From the NCBI GenBank assembly GCA_903837605.1, contig CAILVF010000036.1:8186-72185 (forward strand): 64,000 nucleotides of DNA. The letters are read 5' to 3'. The notes beneath the pieces were generated by a model. It did not search any database. It saw nothing but the letters and a program-made list of their open reading frames with translations, and was not told the origin of the DNA. The translations under genes and the position numbers were made by a program. Below, one piece after another: positions 17,343-27,276 of this stretch. The DNA comes from an uncultured Bacteroidales bacterium (GTDB lineage Bacteria > Bacteroidota > Bacteroidia > Bacteroidales > FEN-979). Within the stretch, counting starts at the first letter, position 1. Each line of letters opens with the position of its first letter.

Positions 17343-20105
17343 ATGTTGATGAAGATCAGAGGTAATAGTATGACGCTTCCGGGAATAATTTTATTCCTTG
17401 TTATAGTGATCTTAGGAATAATATATGTGCATTATACCTGGAAAAGGTTTGAAAACGACAGAGCGGAAAAGGTAATGGAAATCGCACAGTCCATTGAAGC
17501 TACCTTGCCAAAAGCTGACCTGAAGATGCTTGAAGCCAAACCCGGAGATATAGCTAAACCCCAGTATACGTTGATCAAAAACATCCTGAAAGCAATAATC
17601 AGGATCGATCCCAATGTCAGGTTTGCCTACCTGTATAATGAACAGAAAGGGAAAATATATTTCTATGCTGATTCTGAAGCCGAAAATTCCCCTGATTATT
17701 CTCCTCCCGGCCAGGAATATACTGAAGCCATGCCGGAATATCTCTTGCCGTTGACAAACGGAAAGGCACTGATCGCCGGTCCTGTTTCAGACCGCTGGGG
17801 GGTATGGGTTTCTGTACTGGTTCCAATTAAAGATGGTGCAAACAGCAGTCCGTATGCGGTTTTTGGAATGGATTATAATGCAAAATCCTGGAATTCATTT
17901 TTGTTATTTGAAGTATTTCAATCCTGTGTTTTAGTGATTTTACTTCTCCTTGCATTTTTCTTTTTGCTGATAATCCAGGCTAAGAACAAATCACTAAAAA
18001 ATGATATTATAGAGCGGAAGCTGGCGGGTGAGGCGCTTTTGCAAAGCCAGGGGCGTACCCGTCTTCAGCGTAATGCAATTGCAAGGATCGCCCTTGACGA
18101 GGTTATTGCTTTCGGTTCGCTTACCCAGTCATTGAATCGGCTTACCGAAGAAGTTGCATCGGCGATCAGGGTTTCGCGCGCAAGTGTCTGGCTCTATACG
18201 GAAGATAAGGCTGCATTGCAATGCAGCTCCCTGTATGAAGCCGAAGCAAATCGCCACAGCTCGGGAATACTTTTAAAGAGCGCTGATTATCCGAGGTATT
18301 TTGAAGCTATTAAAAGGGAAAGCAGGATCAATGCCGACGAAGCACAAACTGACCTGCGAACCAGTGAATTTGCCGAGGGGTATCTTAAACCACTCGGAAT
18401 AAGTTCAATGCTGGATGCAGGAATTACCATTGAAGGTAAGCTAAAGGGAGTTGTGTGTTTTGAACATACCGGGGAGAAGCGCATCTGGCATCCTGATGAG
18501 GAATCTTTTGCAAGCACTGTGGCATCTATCGTTGCTCAGATACTTTCCAATAATGTACGCAAACTTGCAGAAGATGCACTGAGGGTCAGCGAAGAAAAAT
18601 ACCGCAATATTTTCGAAAATGTCCAGGATGTTTTTTACCAAACCGATCTTTCAGGGATTGTGCGGGAAATAAGCCCGTCCATCAAATATTTTTCACAGTT
18701 TAACAGGGAGGAAATTCTAGGATTCTCAGTCGACAAATTGTATAAAAGTCCGGAGGACAGGGATAATCTGATCAATGAAATTTTGAAAAATGGCGAACTC
18801 AGGGATTATGAACTCACCCTGAGGACAAAATCAGGCGTAACCAGGAGTGCTTCAATTAACGCAAGATTAATTTATGATGCCCAGGGTAATCCCCACCATA
18901 TCGACGGAGCCATCAGGGATATCACTGAAAGAAAACAGGCGGAAGCTGACCTGATCAAAGCTAAAGAACGTGCGGAAGAAAGCGATCGGCTTAAATCGGC
19001 GTTTCTTGCCAATATGAGCCACGAGATACGCACCCCCATGAACGGGATCCTTGGCTTTGCCGGCTTGTTGAAGGAACCCGGCCTGACCGGGGAAGATCAG
19101 CAGGAATATATAAGGATCATTGAGAAAAGCGGGGCCCGCATGCTTAATATTATCAATGACATCGTTGATATTTCAAAAATAGAATCGGGCTTGATGGAAG
19201 TTGATATTAAAGACTCTGACATCAATCATCAGATGGAGTACATCTATAATTTCTTCAGACCTGAATTTGACAGGAAGAAAATACAGTTTTCATTAAAAAA
19301 CGGTCTGCCTTCAAATGAAGCCACCATCAAAACAGACCGCGAAAAGATCTATGCCATTCTTACCAACCTGGTTAAAAATGCCAATAAATATACCAACCAT
19401 GGTTCAATAGAATTCGGGTACAATAAAAAAGATTCATTTCTTGAATTCTATGTTAAAGATACAGGCATCGGGATCCCGCTTGACAGGCAGGAAGCCATTT
19501 TCGAGCGGTTTATCCAGGCTGATATTTTCGACAAGCATGCATTGCAGGGAGCCGGGCTGGGATTGTCAATAACAAAAGCTTATGTGGAAATGCTTGGCGG
19601 TAAAATCTGGGTTGAAAGCAAAGAAGGGGAAGGTTCAACTTTCTTTTTCACTCTTCCGTATAATGCAGGGGTGCAAAAACCAACCATCGCTCCTGCTAAT
19701 GAGCATATCGTGCAAAGTACAGGGCGAATTGAAAATCTGAAGGTTTTAATTGCAGAAGACGATGAAATATCGGTAATGTTCCTGACCAAATCATTGAAGG
19801 GATTTGTTAAAGAAATTCTTATTGTAAAGACAGGTATGGAAGCTGTGGAATTTTGCAGCAATCATCCTGATACAGATCTCGTATTAATGGATATCGGGAT
19901 GCCCGAAATGAACGGATATGAAGCTACAATGAGAATACGTCAGTTCAACAAGGAAGTGGTCATTATCGCTCAAACTGCATTTGGTCTTTTAGGCGACAGG
20001 GAGAAAGCCCTGGATGCCGGATGCGATGATTATATTTCAAAGCCGATAGAAGGAGATTCATTAATAAGGCTGATACACAAATATTTCAATAATCAAACAG
20101 ATTAA
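17343..20105 (+). CDS. Sensor hybrid histidine kinase (TM - extracytoplasmic domain - TM - GAF - PAS - HisKA - HATPase_c - REC)
   Basis: Two TM segments ('LPGIILFLVIVILGIIYV','VLVILLLLAFFFLLII'). PAS 'YRNIFENVQDVFYQTD'. H-box 'FLANMSHEIRTPMNGILGF'. 'DTGIGIP','GAGLGLSITK'. Receiver 'VLIAEDD..LVLMDIGMPEMNG..SKP'. Confidence 0.9.
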   Translation: MLMKIRGNSMTLPGIILFLVIVILGIIYVHYTWKRFENDRAEKVMEIAQSIEATLPKADLKMLEAKPGDIAKPQYTLIKNILKAIIRIDPNVRFAYLYNEQKGKIYFYADSEAENSPDYSPPGQEYTEAMPEYLLPLTNGKALIAGPVSDRWGVWVSVLVPIKDGANSSPYAVFGMDYNAKSWNSFLLFEVFQSCVLVILLLLAFFFLLIIQAKNKSLKNDIIERKLAGEALLQSQGRTRLQRNAIARIALDEVIAFGSLTQSLNRLTEEVASAIRVSRASVWLYTEDKAALQCSSLYEAEANRHSSGILLKSADYPRYFEAIKRESRINADEAQTDLRTSEFAEGYLKPLGISSMLDAGITIEGKLKGVVCFEHTGEKRIWHPDEESFASTVASIVAQILSNNVRKLAEDALRVSEEKYRNIFENVQDVFYQTDLSGIVREISPSIKYFSQFNREEILGFSVDKLYKSPEDRDNLINEILKNGELRDYELTLRTKSGVTRSASINARLIYDAQGNPHHIDGAIRDITERKQAEADLIKAKERAEESDRLKSAFLANMSHEIRTPMNGILGFAGLLKEPGLTGEDQQEYIRIIEKSGARMLNIINDIVDISKIESGLMEVDIKDSDINHQMEYIYNFFRPEFDRKKIQFSLKNGLPSNEATIKTDREKIYAILTNLVKNANKYTNHGSIEFGYNKKDSFLEFYVKDTGIGIPLDRQEAIFERFIQADIFDKHALQGAGLGLSITKAYVEMLGGKIWVESKEGEGSTFFFTLPYNAGVQKPTIAPANEHIVQSTGRIENLKVLIAEDDEISVMFLTKSLKGFVKEILIVKTGMEAVEFCSNHPDTDLVLMDIGMPEMNGYEATMRIRQFNKEVVIIAQTAFGLLGDREKALDAGCDDYISKPIEGDSLIRLIHKYFNNQTD

Positions 20106-20187
20106 TCCTGAAATATATCTTGTTGTTTGACAAACATCTCTTTAACTTTGAAGATGGGTTTTTGGGGTTTCCGAAAAATTGTTCAAT

Positions 20188-21330
20188 ATGAAAACAGAGC
20201 AGAGCGTATTTTCAGTAGAAAAAGGATGGGTGAGGAAAAGCGAGAGCGCACTTGGTAAATTGGCAGGCCTTGTTTTCCTGTATGGCAATAAAGACCTCCT
20301 TAAAGAACAACTTCATATTGATCATGTGAAAAAGGAATACCCAAATGCCCAGGTCATCGGTTGTTCTACTTCCGGCGAGATCTGCCAGGAAGAGGTCTTT
20401 AACAACAGTATTGTTTGCACGGCAGTTTGGTTTGAAAAGACCATTGTCGAAATTGCAGCCGAACATATCGGTTCTATGGATGACAGCTTCGTGATCGGGG
20501 AAAAACTGGCAGACCGGCTCGACAAGGAACAGCTGGTGCATATCATGATCCTTTCCGACGGCCTGAATATCAACGGTAGTGAACTTACCAAAGGGCTGAA
20601 CAAACGGCTTGGTGAAAGGATCCCTGTTACCGGAGGTTTAGCAGGGGATCAGGCCAACTTTAACGAAACCCTAATTGTGCATAACAGCACCGGCCGGAGC
20701 AACATTATCCTCGCAATAGGGTTCTATGGGAAAGACTTAAGCGTAGGATACGGATCAATGGGAGGATGGGATTCGTTTGGTGTCGACAGGGAGGTTACCC
20801 GGTCAAAAGGAAATATCCTGTATGAACTGGATGGACTGCCGGCCCTGGAACTTTATAAACGGTACCTTGGCAGCCACGCCGCTGATCTCCCGGCTTCGGC
20901 CCTGCTGTTTCCCCTCAGCCTCCGAATGCAGGGATCTGAAACGGCTCTTGTGCGTACCGTCTTGTCGGTTAATGAAGAGGATGGGAGCATGGTTTTTGCC
21001 GGAGATATTCCCCAGGGAGAACATGTTCGCCTAATGAAGGCGAATTTTGAACGATTACTTGACGGGGCTAACGGGGCAGCAGAAATGATGAAGACAAGCC
21101 TCCGAAACCTGACTCCTGACCTGGCTATACTGATCAGTTGCGTAGGCCGTAAACTTGTATTAAAACTGAGAGTGGAAGAAGAACTGGAACGTGTTCGTGA
21201 AGTAACCGGAAATTCAACGGTATTAACAGGCTTCTACTCCTACGGGGAAATTTGCCCCACGAAACCGTTTGTGAACCATTGTGAACTGCATAATCAAACC
21301 ATGACGATCACTGCTTTCAAGGAAAATTAA
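20188..21330 (+). CDS. FIST-domain sensory protein (FIST_N + FIST_C)
   Basis: ~380 aa. 'AQVIGCSTSGEI' and the C-terminal 'FYSYGEI' are characteristic FIST motifs. ATG at 20188 preferred over TTG at 20179. Confidence 0.75.
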   Translation: MKTEQSVFSVEKGWVRKSESALGKLAGLVFLYGNKDLLKEQLHIDHVKKEYPNAQVIGCSTSGEICQEEVFNNSIVCTAVWFEKTIVEIAAEHIGSMDDSFVIGEKLADRLDKEQLVHIMILSDGLNINGSELTKGLNKRLGERIPVTGGLAGDQANFNETLIVHNSTGRSNIILAIGFYGKDLSVGYGSMGGWDSFGVDREVTRSKGNILYELDGLPALELYKRYLGSHAADLPASALLFPLSLRMQGSETALVRTVLSVNEEDGSMVFAGDIPQGEHVRLMKANFERLLDGANGAAEMMKTSLRNLTPDLAILISCVGRKLVLKLRVEEELERVREVTGNSTVLTGFYSYGEICPTKPFVNHCELHNQTMTITAFKEN

Positions 21331-21340
21331 TTCCTCCGAT

Positions 21341-23626
21341 TTGGAAAATAATTTAAATAAACTGCTTCAACGCCAGCTAAAAAGGCGCTTCGGATCATCA
21401 GACAATATCCCTGATGAGCTTAAAGGAATTATTCAGGATATAAGCCAGACATACAATAATTATGAAGAAGATGCCGGGCTGCTTCAGAATTCCATTGAAA
21501 TAAGTTCACAGGAGCTTCGTGATGCATTTTTAAAACACAAAAATGATGCAGAGACCAGGAAGGAAACGTTAAACAGGATTAAAGAAGCTATCAATGCACT
21601 TAATCCTCCCGGACAAAACGGGGTCACCGACACTAATGATGATCCCTCCCATCTTTTCAAATCACTGATAAAATTAATAGAAGAGCGTAAGCAGGCAGAA
21701 GAAGACCTGCAGGAAAGCAACCGTAAATGGGAAGCCATCATCTCTGCTTCTCCTGATGGGATCGGAATGGTTTCGCCGGATGGTAAGATCCAGCTGATAT
21801 CAGAAAAACTCGCGACCTTGTACGGCTATTCGGTTGAAGAACTGAATAATTACATTGGCAGCTCCCTTATGGAGTTTATTGATCCTTCAAACCACTCTCT
21901 GTTAATTGAAAATATCCGCAAATTGCTCTCAGGGGAGAGCGATATACGCCTCTCTGAATATCTTGCGGTTAAAAAGGACAAAAGCAGGTGTTATATTGAT
22001 ATTAATTCAACAGTCTTATTTGATCATCAGGGAAACCCGGTGAGTATCCTTTTTGTTGTGCGTGATATAACCGACCGCAAACAGGCTGAGGAAACGCTGA
22101 ATAACGAACGTACGCTTTTCAGAACGATCATTGACCTCATCCCCGATGCGGTTTATGTTAAAGACTTCACAGGAAGAAAGATACTTGCCAACCCCAAGGA
22201 AATACAGTTTGCAGGGGTGAATTCTGAAACCGAGATAATTGGCAAGACTGACTTTGACCTTTATAATTTTAATGAGGCTTCCCTTTTCTGGGAGGAAGAT
22301 AAGTCTGTACTTACCACGGGAAAACCGGTTCTCAATGCTGAGAGTTTTCTGACCGACAGGGATGGGAAAATGCACTGGATACTGGTTTCAAAGGTGCCTT
22401 TTTTTGACATGCATGGTAAAATAACCGGAATTGTCGGGGTTACACATGATATCACAGAAAGGAAACTTGTGGAGCAGGAACTCCTTAAATCAAAGGAAAA
22501 AGCAGAAGAAAGCGACCGCTTGAAATCGGCATTTCTTGCAAACATGAGCCATGAGATAAGGACACCGATGAATGGGATCCTCGGTTTTTCCAAACTTCTT
22601 AAAGAACCAAAACTAACAGGAGAGGAACAACAGGAGTATATACAGATCATCGAAAAAAGCGGCGCCCGCATGCTTAATATCATCAATAATATTATTGATA
22701 TTTCGAAAATTGAATCAGGCCAGATGGAGGTTTCAATTTCTGATGCAAACATCAATGATCAGATCGAATATGTATATACTTTCTTCAAACCTGAGGCTGA
22801 ACAGAAAGGAATACACCTCCTTGTTGAATTGGGCCTGCCTTCTGAAGAAGCCGTGATCAGGACCGATCAGGAAAAGATTTATGCGATCCTGACCAACCTG
22901 GTTAAGAATGCGGTTAAATATACCAATGAGGGTACCATCGTATTTGGTTATAAGAAGAAAAAAGGATTCCTTGAATTTTTTGTCAGAGACACCGGCATAG
23001 GAATTCAAAGTCACAGGCACGATGCCATTTTTGAACGGTTTATCCAGGCAGATATTTCCAATAAACAGGCGATTGACGGAGCCGGCCTGGGCCTCTCAAT
23101 CACCAAGGCCTATGTTGAGATGCTTAATGGGAATATCTGGGTTGAAAGCCAGGAAGGAAAAGGATCGGTCTTTTATTTCACGATACCATACAAAGTTGAG
23201 ATTGCCGACTCAGCAGAGTCTGCTGTCCAGGTTTTATTTGACGGAGAAACAGGCCCGGTTAATGATCTGAAAGTACTGATTGTCGAAGATGATGAAGCAT
23301 CGGCCTTATTCCTGAAAGTATCTGTTAAATTATTCAGTAAGGAGTTGTTAAAGGCCAAGTCGGGCCTGGAAGCAGTTGAGATATGCCGTAACAACCCTGA
23401 CATTGATCTTATCCTTATGGATATCAGGCTGCCTGTAATGAACGGATATGAGGCTACACGACAGGTACGTCAATTCAATAAGGATGTGGTGATAATTGCT
23501 CAGACTGCTTATGGTCTTGTAGGTGACAAAGAAAGAGCATTGGAGTCGGGATGTAATGACTATATTTCAAAGCCAATCGACACCGACGAATTGATGGGGA
23601 TAATAAAAAAACATTTCAGGAGCTGA
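21341..23626 (+). CDS. Cytoplasmic hybrid histidine kinase (helical N-term - 2x PAS - HisKA - HATPase_c - REC), paralog of 17343..20105
   Basis: No TM segment. PAS 'KWEAIISASPDGIGMV' and 'LFRTIIDLIPDAVYVKD'. H-box 'FLANMSHEIRTPMNGILGF'. 'DTGIGIQ','GAGLGLSITK'. Receiver 'VLIVEDD..LILMDIRLPVMNG..SKP'. The start is a TTG, so the exact start is uncertain. Confidence 0.85.
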   Translation: MENNLNKLLQRQLKRRFGSSDNIPDELKGIIQDISQTYNNYEEDAGLLQNSIEISSQELRDAFLKHKNDAETRKETLNRIKEAINALNPPGQNGVTDTNDDPSHLFKSLIKLIEERKQAEEDLQESNRKWEAIISASPDGIGMVSPDGKIQLISEKLATLYGYSVEELNNYIGSSLMEFIDPSNHSLLIENIRKLLSGESDIRLSEYLAVKKDKSRCYIDINSTVLFDHQGNPVSILFVVRDITDRKQAEETLNNERTLFRTIIDLIPDAVYVKDFTGRKILANPKEIQFAGVNSETEIIGKTDFDLYNFNEASLFWEEDKSVLTTGKPVLNAESFLTDRDGKMHWILVSKVPFFDMHGKITGIVGVTHDITERKLVEQELLKSKEKAEESDRLKSAFLANMSHEIRTPMNGILGFSKLLKEPKLTGEEQQEYIQIIEKSGARMLNIINNIIDISKIESGQMEVSISDANINDQIEYVYTFFKPEAEQKGIHLLVELGLPSEEAVIRTDQEKIYAILTNLVKNAVKYTNEGTIVFGYKKKKGFLEFFVRDTGIGIQSHRHDAIFERFIQADISNKQAIDGAGLGLSITKAYVEMLNGNIWVESQEGKGSVFYFTIPYKVEIADSAESAVQVLFDGETGPVNDLKVLIVEDDEASALFLKVSVKLFSKELLKAKSGLEAVEICRNNPDIDLILMDIRLPVMNGYEATRQVRQFNKDVVIIAQTAYGLVGDKERALESGCNDYISKPIDTDELMGIIKKHFRS

Positions 23627-23672
23627 TATATAACAGGCTGCCGGCCGGGTGTTTGAAACGTGCCCGGGAATC

Positions 23673-24119
23673 TTATCCTTTCTTGACCCTTACGGCATTC
23701 ATACCTTTAAAGCTGCGCTCTGTCTCAAAAATGACGGTATCGCCTTCCTTGATCTCTTCACTCACATTGTTCACGTGTACGAAGTATTTCTCCTGGTTTT
23801 CAGAATCTTTTATAAAACCGAAGCCTTTTGCAGCGTTGAAAAATTCGACCCTGCCTTTGCGTATTGCATTGGCCTCTTCAACTTCCCTTTTGGGAACACC
23901 TATCTGTATGCTCTCGGGATTGATCTTCTTTCTATGGGCGGGATCGGGAGGAGTATCGGTGATGCGTCCGTTTTCATCAACATAGGCGATCATGTTGTCA
24001 AGCCCTCCACCGGGAGAGTTTGCCTTACGTTCAGCAAGTTTCTGTTGTTTGTCAACGCGTTTCTTTAAGCGTTTTTTCTCTTTTTCTCTTTTACTGAATG
24101 TTTCTTGTGAACTCGCCAT
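23673..24119 (-). CDS. Cold-shock-domain protein with ~80-aa basic N-terminal extension
   Basis: The C-terminal 65 aa, 'GRVEFFNAAKGFGFIKD..YFVHV', contain the RNP1-like KGFGFI and RNP2-like VFVH-type motifs. The N-terminus is Lys/Arg/Glu-rich. Confidence 0.85.
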   Translation of the reverse strand: MASSQETFSKREKEKKRLKKRVDKQQKLAERKANSPGGGLDNMIAYVDENGRITDTPPDPAHRKKINPESIQIGVPKREVEEANAIRKGRVEFFNAAKGFGFIKDSENQEKYFVHVNNVSEEIKEGDTVIFETERSFKGMNAVRVKKG

Positions 24120-24198
24120 TAATGTTTGTTTAGGATTTCAATTGATGTGCAAAGGTACGATAATAAACCAGATACGCGCTAATATTCAGTGAATCTGC

Positions 24199-24206
24199 TA
24201 TTTTTG
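24199..24206 (+). promoter_or_regulatory. Bacteroidota-type -7 box TATTTTTG
   Basis: TAnnTTTG match 38 nt upstream of the 24244 start codon. Confidence 0.45.
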
Positions 24207-24243
24207 CACGGCGGTTTAGGGCTTTAAGAATTCTGAAGGGAAT

Positions 24244-24951
24244 ATGAACAATATCGTTACCCGGACATTCGGAGTGGATTTTATCTTCTTCGACCTTCTT
24301 TTTCTCCTTTGCTGGATTACTTTCCTGGTCTGGAAAAAGTATTTTACTGCAATACGATGGGGATTAGCCGGCTGGATCATTTATATTTTCATCGATTATT
24401 TGCTTTGGTATCGCATCCTTGGATCACGGCATTATTCGGGCCCCCTTGACTCCAGGCTATTCTTTGCCTGGTTTTGTTTTTCTCCCGGCTTTGTCCAGTT
24501 TTCATATGTGATTGTGATGTTTGAAAAAAGAAGCATTCGTGAAGCAGTGTTCTGGACTTTGTTATTTTACTGCGGATGGACTGCCGTGGGTTTTCTGTCG
24601 CAATGGATCCCTTTGGATGATACACTGATCAGGGTGTCCCGCGATATGGGAAAAGGCAACCAGAGATGGATCATGGGAGGGATGGCGCTACTGAATCTTC
24701 TCATAGGGATCATCATGGTGGTGAGGCGCACATTAAAATGGAAGGACCTTCTGTATCTTTTCCTCGTGGGAACACTGGTTGAATTTGCCCTGGAATTTTC
24801 CCTGCTGGCGTCGGGGATCAGGCTTGAACAGGGTCAATGGAGTTTAAGCATGATGCTGGTGAACGCCCTTATAGAATTCAATTGCGGGATTATCATGATG
24901 TATATTATCTGGAAATTTCTTTTCGGAAAAAGTGGTAATTTTGCATTCTGA
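24244..24951 (+). CDS. Polytopic membrane protein, unknown function
   Basis: 235 aa with ~6-7 hydrophobic, Trp/Phe-rich segments. No motif recognised. Its stop abuts the next gene's ATG (24949-24951 / 24953). Confidence 0.6.
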   Translation: MNNIVTRTFGVDFIFFDLLFLLCWITFLVWKKYFTAIRWGLAGWIIYIFIDYLLWYRILGSRHYSGPLDSRLFFAWFCFSPGFVQFSYVIVMFEKRSIREAVFWTLLFYCGWTAVGFLSQWIPLDDTLIRVSRDMGKGNQRWIMGGMALLNLLIGIIMVVRRTLKWKDLLYLFLVGTLVEFALEFSLLASGIRLEQGQWSLSMMLVNALIEFNCGIIMMYIIWKFLFGKSGNFAF

Positions 24952-24952
24952 A

Positions 24953-25762
24953 ATGAATAAAGAGAAAGACCATATTACCAGGTTTTTACTGGAATCAAAC
25001 GAGTATACTACCCCGGCGGATACCCATCGTTTCCTGTTTGACAGGCTTGCCCTGAATACAAGGATCTATTTCATGAGCCGGTATGTGGGTATTTGTTTTT
25101 CGACCCGGAGCGCCGCCATCAAAGGACTTTATGATACCGGCTACTGGGTGTCGTCTTCCCATGATATTTTCAGGCTGATTGAGGGTTGCGGGGGCCGCTT
25201 CCGGATTACAGGCCAGGAAAATATCAGGAACTGTGAAGGGCCGGTGGTTTTCATCAGCAATCACATGAGTACGCTTGAGACCATGATCTTCCCGGGGATC
25301 ATTCAGCCCTTAAAAGATGTGACGTTCATTGTAAAAGACGCCCTCGTGAGACATTGGGTTTTCGGCGCTGTTATGCGTTCCCGCAATCCTATCGTATTAA
25401 GCCGGAGCAAACCAAGGGAAGATTTCAGTATCGTGATGGAAGAGGGATTGAAGAGAATCTCCAATGGGATCTCGGTGATTGTTTTTCCGCAACATACACG
25501 AAGAACCCAATTCAGTCCTGAAGAGTTCAATACCATGGGGATAAAACTTGCCGCCCGTGCCGCCGTGCCTGTAATCCCGGTTGCGATAAAAACCGATTTC
25601 TGGGGAAACGGCAGGTTCACCGGGTACCTGGGCCCTGTCAACCGTGAAAAAACAATACATATTGCATTCGGCGAACCATTCAGGGTAAAGGGGTCAGGAA
25701 AGGAAGACCATCAGAAAGTAATTCAATACATTCAGTCCTGCCTCAAACAGTGGAAAGATTAA
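24953..25762 (+). CDS. Lysophospholipid (PlsC-family) acyltransferase
   Basis: 'FISNHMSTLETM' is an HX4D/E-type catalytic box. 'VIVFPQHTR' is the FPEGTR-like block. 'VIPVAI' also fits. ATG at 24953 chosen. Confidence 0.75.
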   Translation: MNKEKDHITRFLLESNEYTTPADTHRFLFDRLALNTRIYFMSRYVGICFSTRSAAIKGLYDTGYWVSSSHDIFRLIEGCGGRFRITGQENIRNCEGPVVFISNHMSTLETMIFPGIIQPLKDVTFIVKDALVRHWVFGAVMRSRNPIVLSRSKPREDFSIVMEEGLKRISNGISVIVFPQHTRRTQFSPEEFNTMGIKLAARAAVPVIPVAIKTDFWGNGRFTGYLGPVNREKTIHIAFGEPFRVKGSGKEDHQKVIQYIQSCLKQWKD

Positions 25763-25778
25763 GCATTATTGCAGAGGC

Positions 25779-27263
25779 TTACCTGCTTATTCCGAATATT
25801 TTCCTGAAATGATATCCGTAAATCGAAAATGTTACGGCATCAACAACAAGATTAGGGCGCCTGAAAATGGTCCAGGCCATGAAAGTCCAGTAATCCCTTC
25901 TTCCTTTATTTAGCATCCCTATAATTATAAGGGATTTGAGGAATCCCATCAGTGCAGTGGAATCAATTTTTGATGCATTATATTTTCTTGGCCTGTAATT
26001 CAAAAATAACCGTCTTATGCGTTTATAATAGGGTTTTGTCGTATAAATATTATAAATAATATCATTATACCCTTTTAAAAGTTCGTGGGAATTCATCCTC
26101 GGAATAAAATTCATGGAGGAATCGGTATTGTTACCGCTGGCCTCCACCGTGAGCCTGTTCTCGGCCTCGAGCCGTTTATACAGTTTTGTGTTTTTTGGTG
26201 CATTCAATAATCCTACCATGGCAGAAACAATCCCGCTTTGCTGGATGAAATCTATCTGTTTCTGAAAAACCCCGGGTGTGTCACTGTCGAAGCCAACAAT
26301 AAATCCGCCTGAAACCTGTAACCCGGCATACTGTATCTTTTTTACGCTCATTAACATATCCCTGTTCTTGTTCTGAAACTTGTTGCAGTCAGACAGGGAT
26401 TTTTCCTCGGGAGTTTCAATACCGATAAAAGCTGAGTTAAATCCTGAATCAACCATCAGTGACATCAGCTCAGGGTCGTCGGAAAGGTTTATTGAAGACT
26501 GTATCGTAAATGAGAAAGGATATTTATGGTGTCTCATCCATGATATCATGGCCGGCAACAGTTCGGTTTTTACTTCCTTCTTATTACCGATGAAATTATC
26601 GTCAACAATTGACACAGGCCCCCTCCAGTTGAGGCTGTATAGTATGTCAAGCTCCCTGAGCACCTGGCTGGTATTTTTCATCCTCACCTTATGCCCGAGA
26701 AGTGAGGTGATCTCGCAGAAATCACATGAAAAAGGGCAGCCGCGTGAAACCTGGATGCTCATGGAAGCATAGACTCCCATCGAGAGTAAATGGTAATCGG
26801 GCACCGGGCTCGAGGTGATTTCAGCATATTCACCGGTACTGTATATTCTTTCCGGAGTCTTACCTGCTTCAAGATCTGCCAGGAACAAGGGCAGTGTGAT
26901 CTCAGCCTCATTTAAAATGAAATGGTCGATCTGCGGATAGTTGTCGAATTCCTGGGTGAACAGCGGGCCGCCGGCAACAATTTTAACTTTATGTTTCAGG
27001 CATTCTTCGATGATCCCGCTGACCGATTCCTTCTGTATATACATGGCGCTGATAAAAACGTAGTCGGCCCAAAGGATGTCGGCGGTATGAAGCGGTGAAA
27101 CATTCATATCAACCAGTTTCTTCTTCCAGATTGACGGGAGCATTGCCGATACGGTGATCAAACCAAGGGGAGGAACACCTGCTTTCTTGGAAATAAACCG
27201 CAGTGCATGCCTGAAACTCCAGAATGAATCAGGATAATCGGGATATATCAGCAATACATTCAT
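25779..27263 (-). CDS. Cobalamin-binding (class B) radical SAM enzyme with C-terminal DUF4070-like region
   Basis: The N-terminal Rossmann-like B12 domain runs 'MNVLLIYPDYP..GLITVSAML..ISAMY..KIVAGGP'. Radical SAM cluster motif 'GCPFSCDFCE' (CxxxCxxC). Start moved to the ATG at 27263, which removes the overlap with the upstream gene. Confidence 0.85.
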   Translation of the reverse strand: MNVLLIYPDYPDSFWSFRHALRFISKKAGVPPLGLITVSAMLPSIWKKKLVDMNVSPLHTADILWADYVFISAMYIQKESVSGIIEECLKHKVKIVAGGPLFTQEFDNYPQIDHFILNEAEITLPLFLADLEAGKTPERIYSTGEYAEITSSPVPDYHLLSMGVYASMSIQVSRGCPFSCDFCEITSLLGHKVRMKNTSQVLRELDILYSLNWRGPVSIVDDNFIGNKKEVKTELLPAMISWMRHHKYPFSFTIQSSINLSDDPELMSLMVDSGFNSAFIGIETPEEKSLSDCNKFQNKNRDMLMSVKKIQYAGLQVSGGFIVGFDSDTPGVFQKQIDFIQQSGIVSAMVGLLNAPKNTKLYKRLEAENRLTVEASGNNTDSSMNFIPRMNSHELLKGYNDIIYNIYTTKPYYKRIRRLFLNYRPRKYNASKIDSTALMGFLKSLIIIGMLNKGRRDYWTFMAWTIFRRPNLVVDAVTFSIYGYHFRKIFGISR

Positions 27264-27276
27264 ATTTCCTTTCAGA

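Noticed and set aside
23649-24068. Two plus-strand ORFs (23649..24068 and 23653..23985) opposite the cold-shock gene.
   Set aside because: They are mutually overlapping shadow frames of a gene with clear CSD motifs, and no motif was recognised in them.
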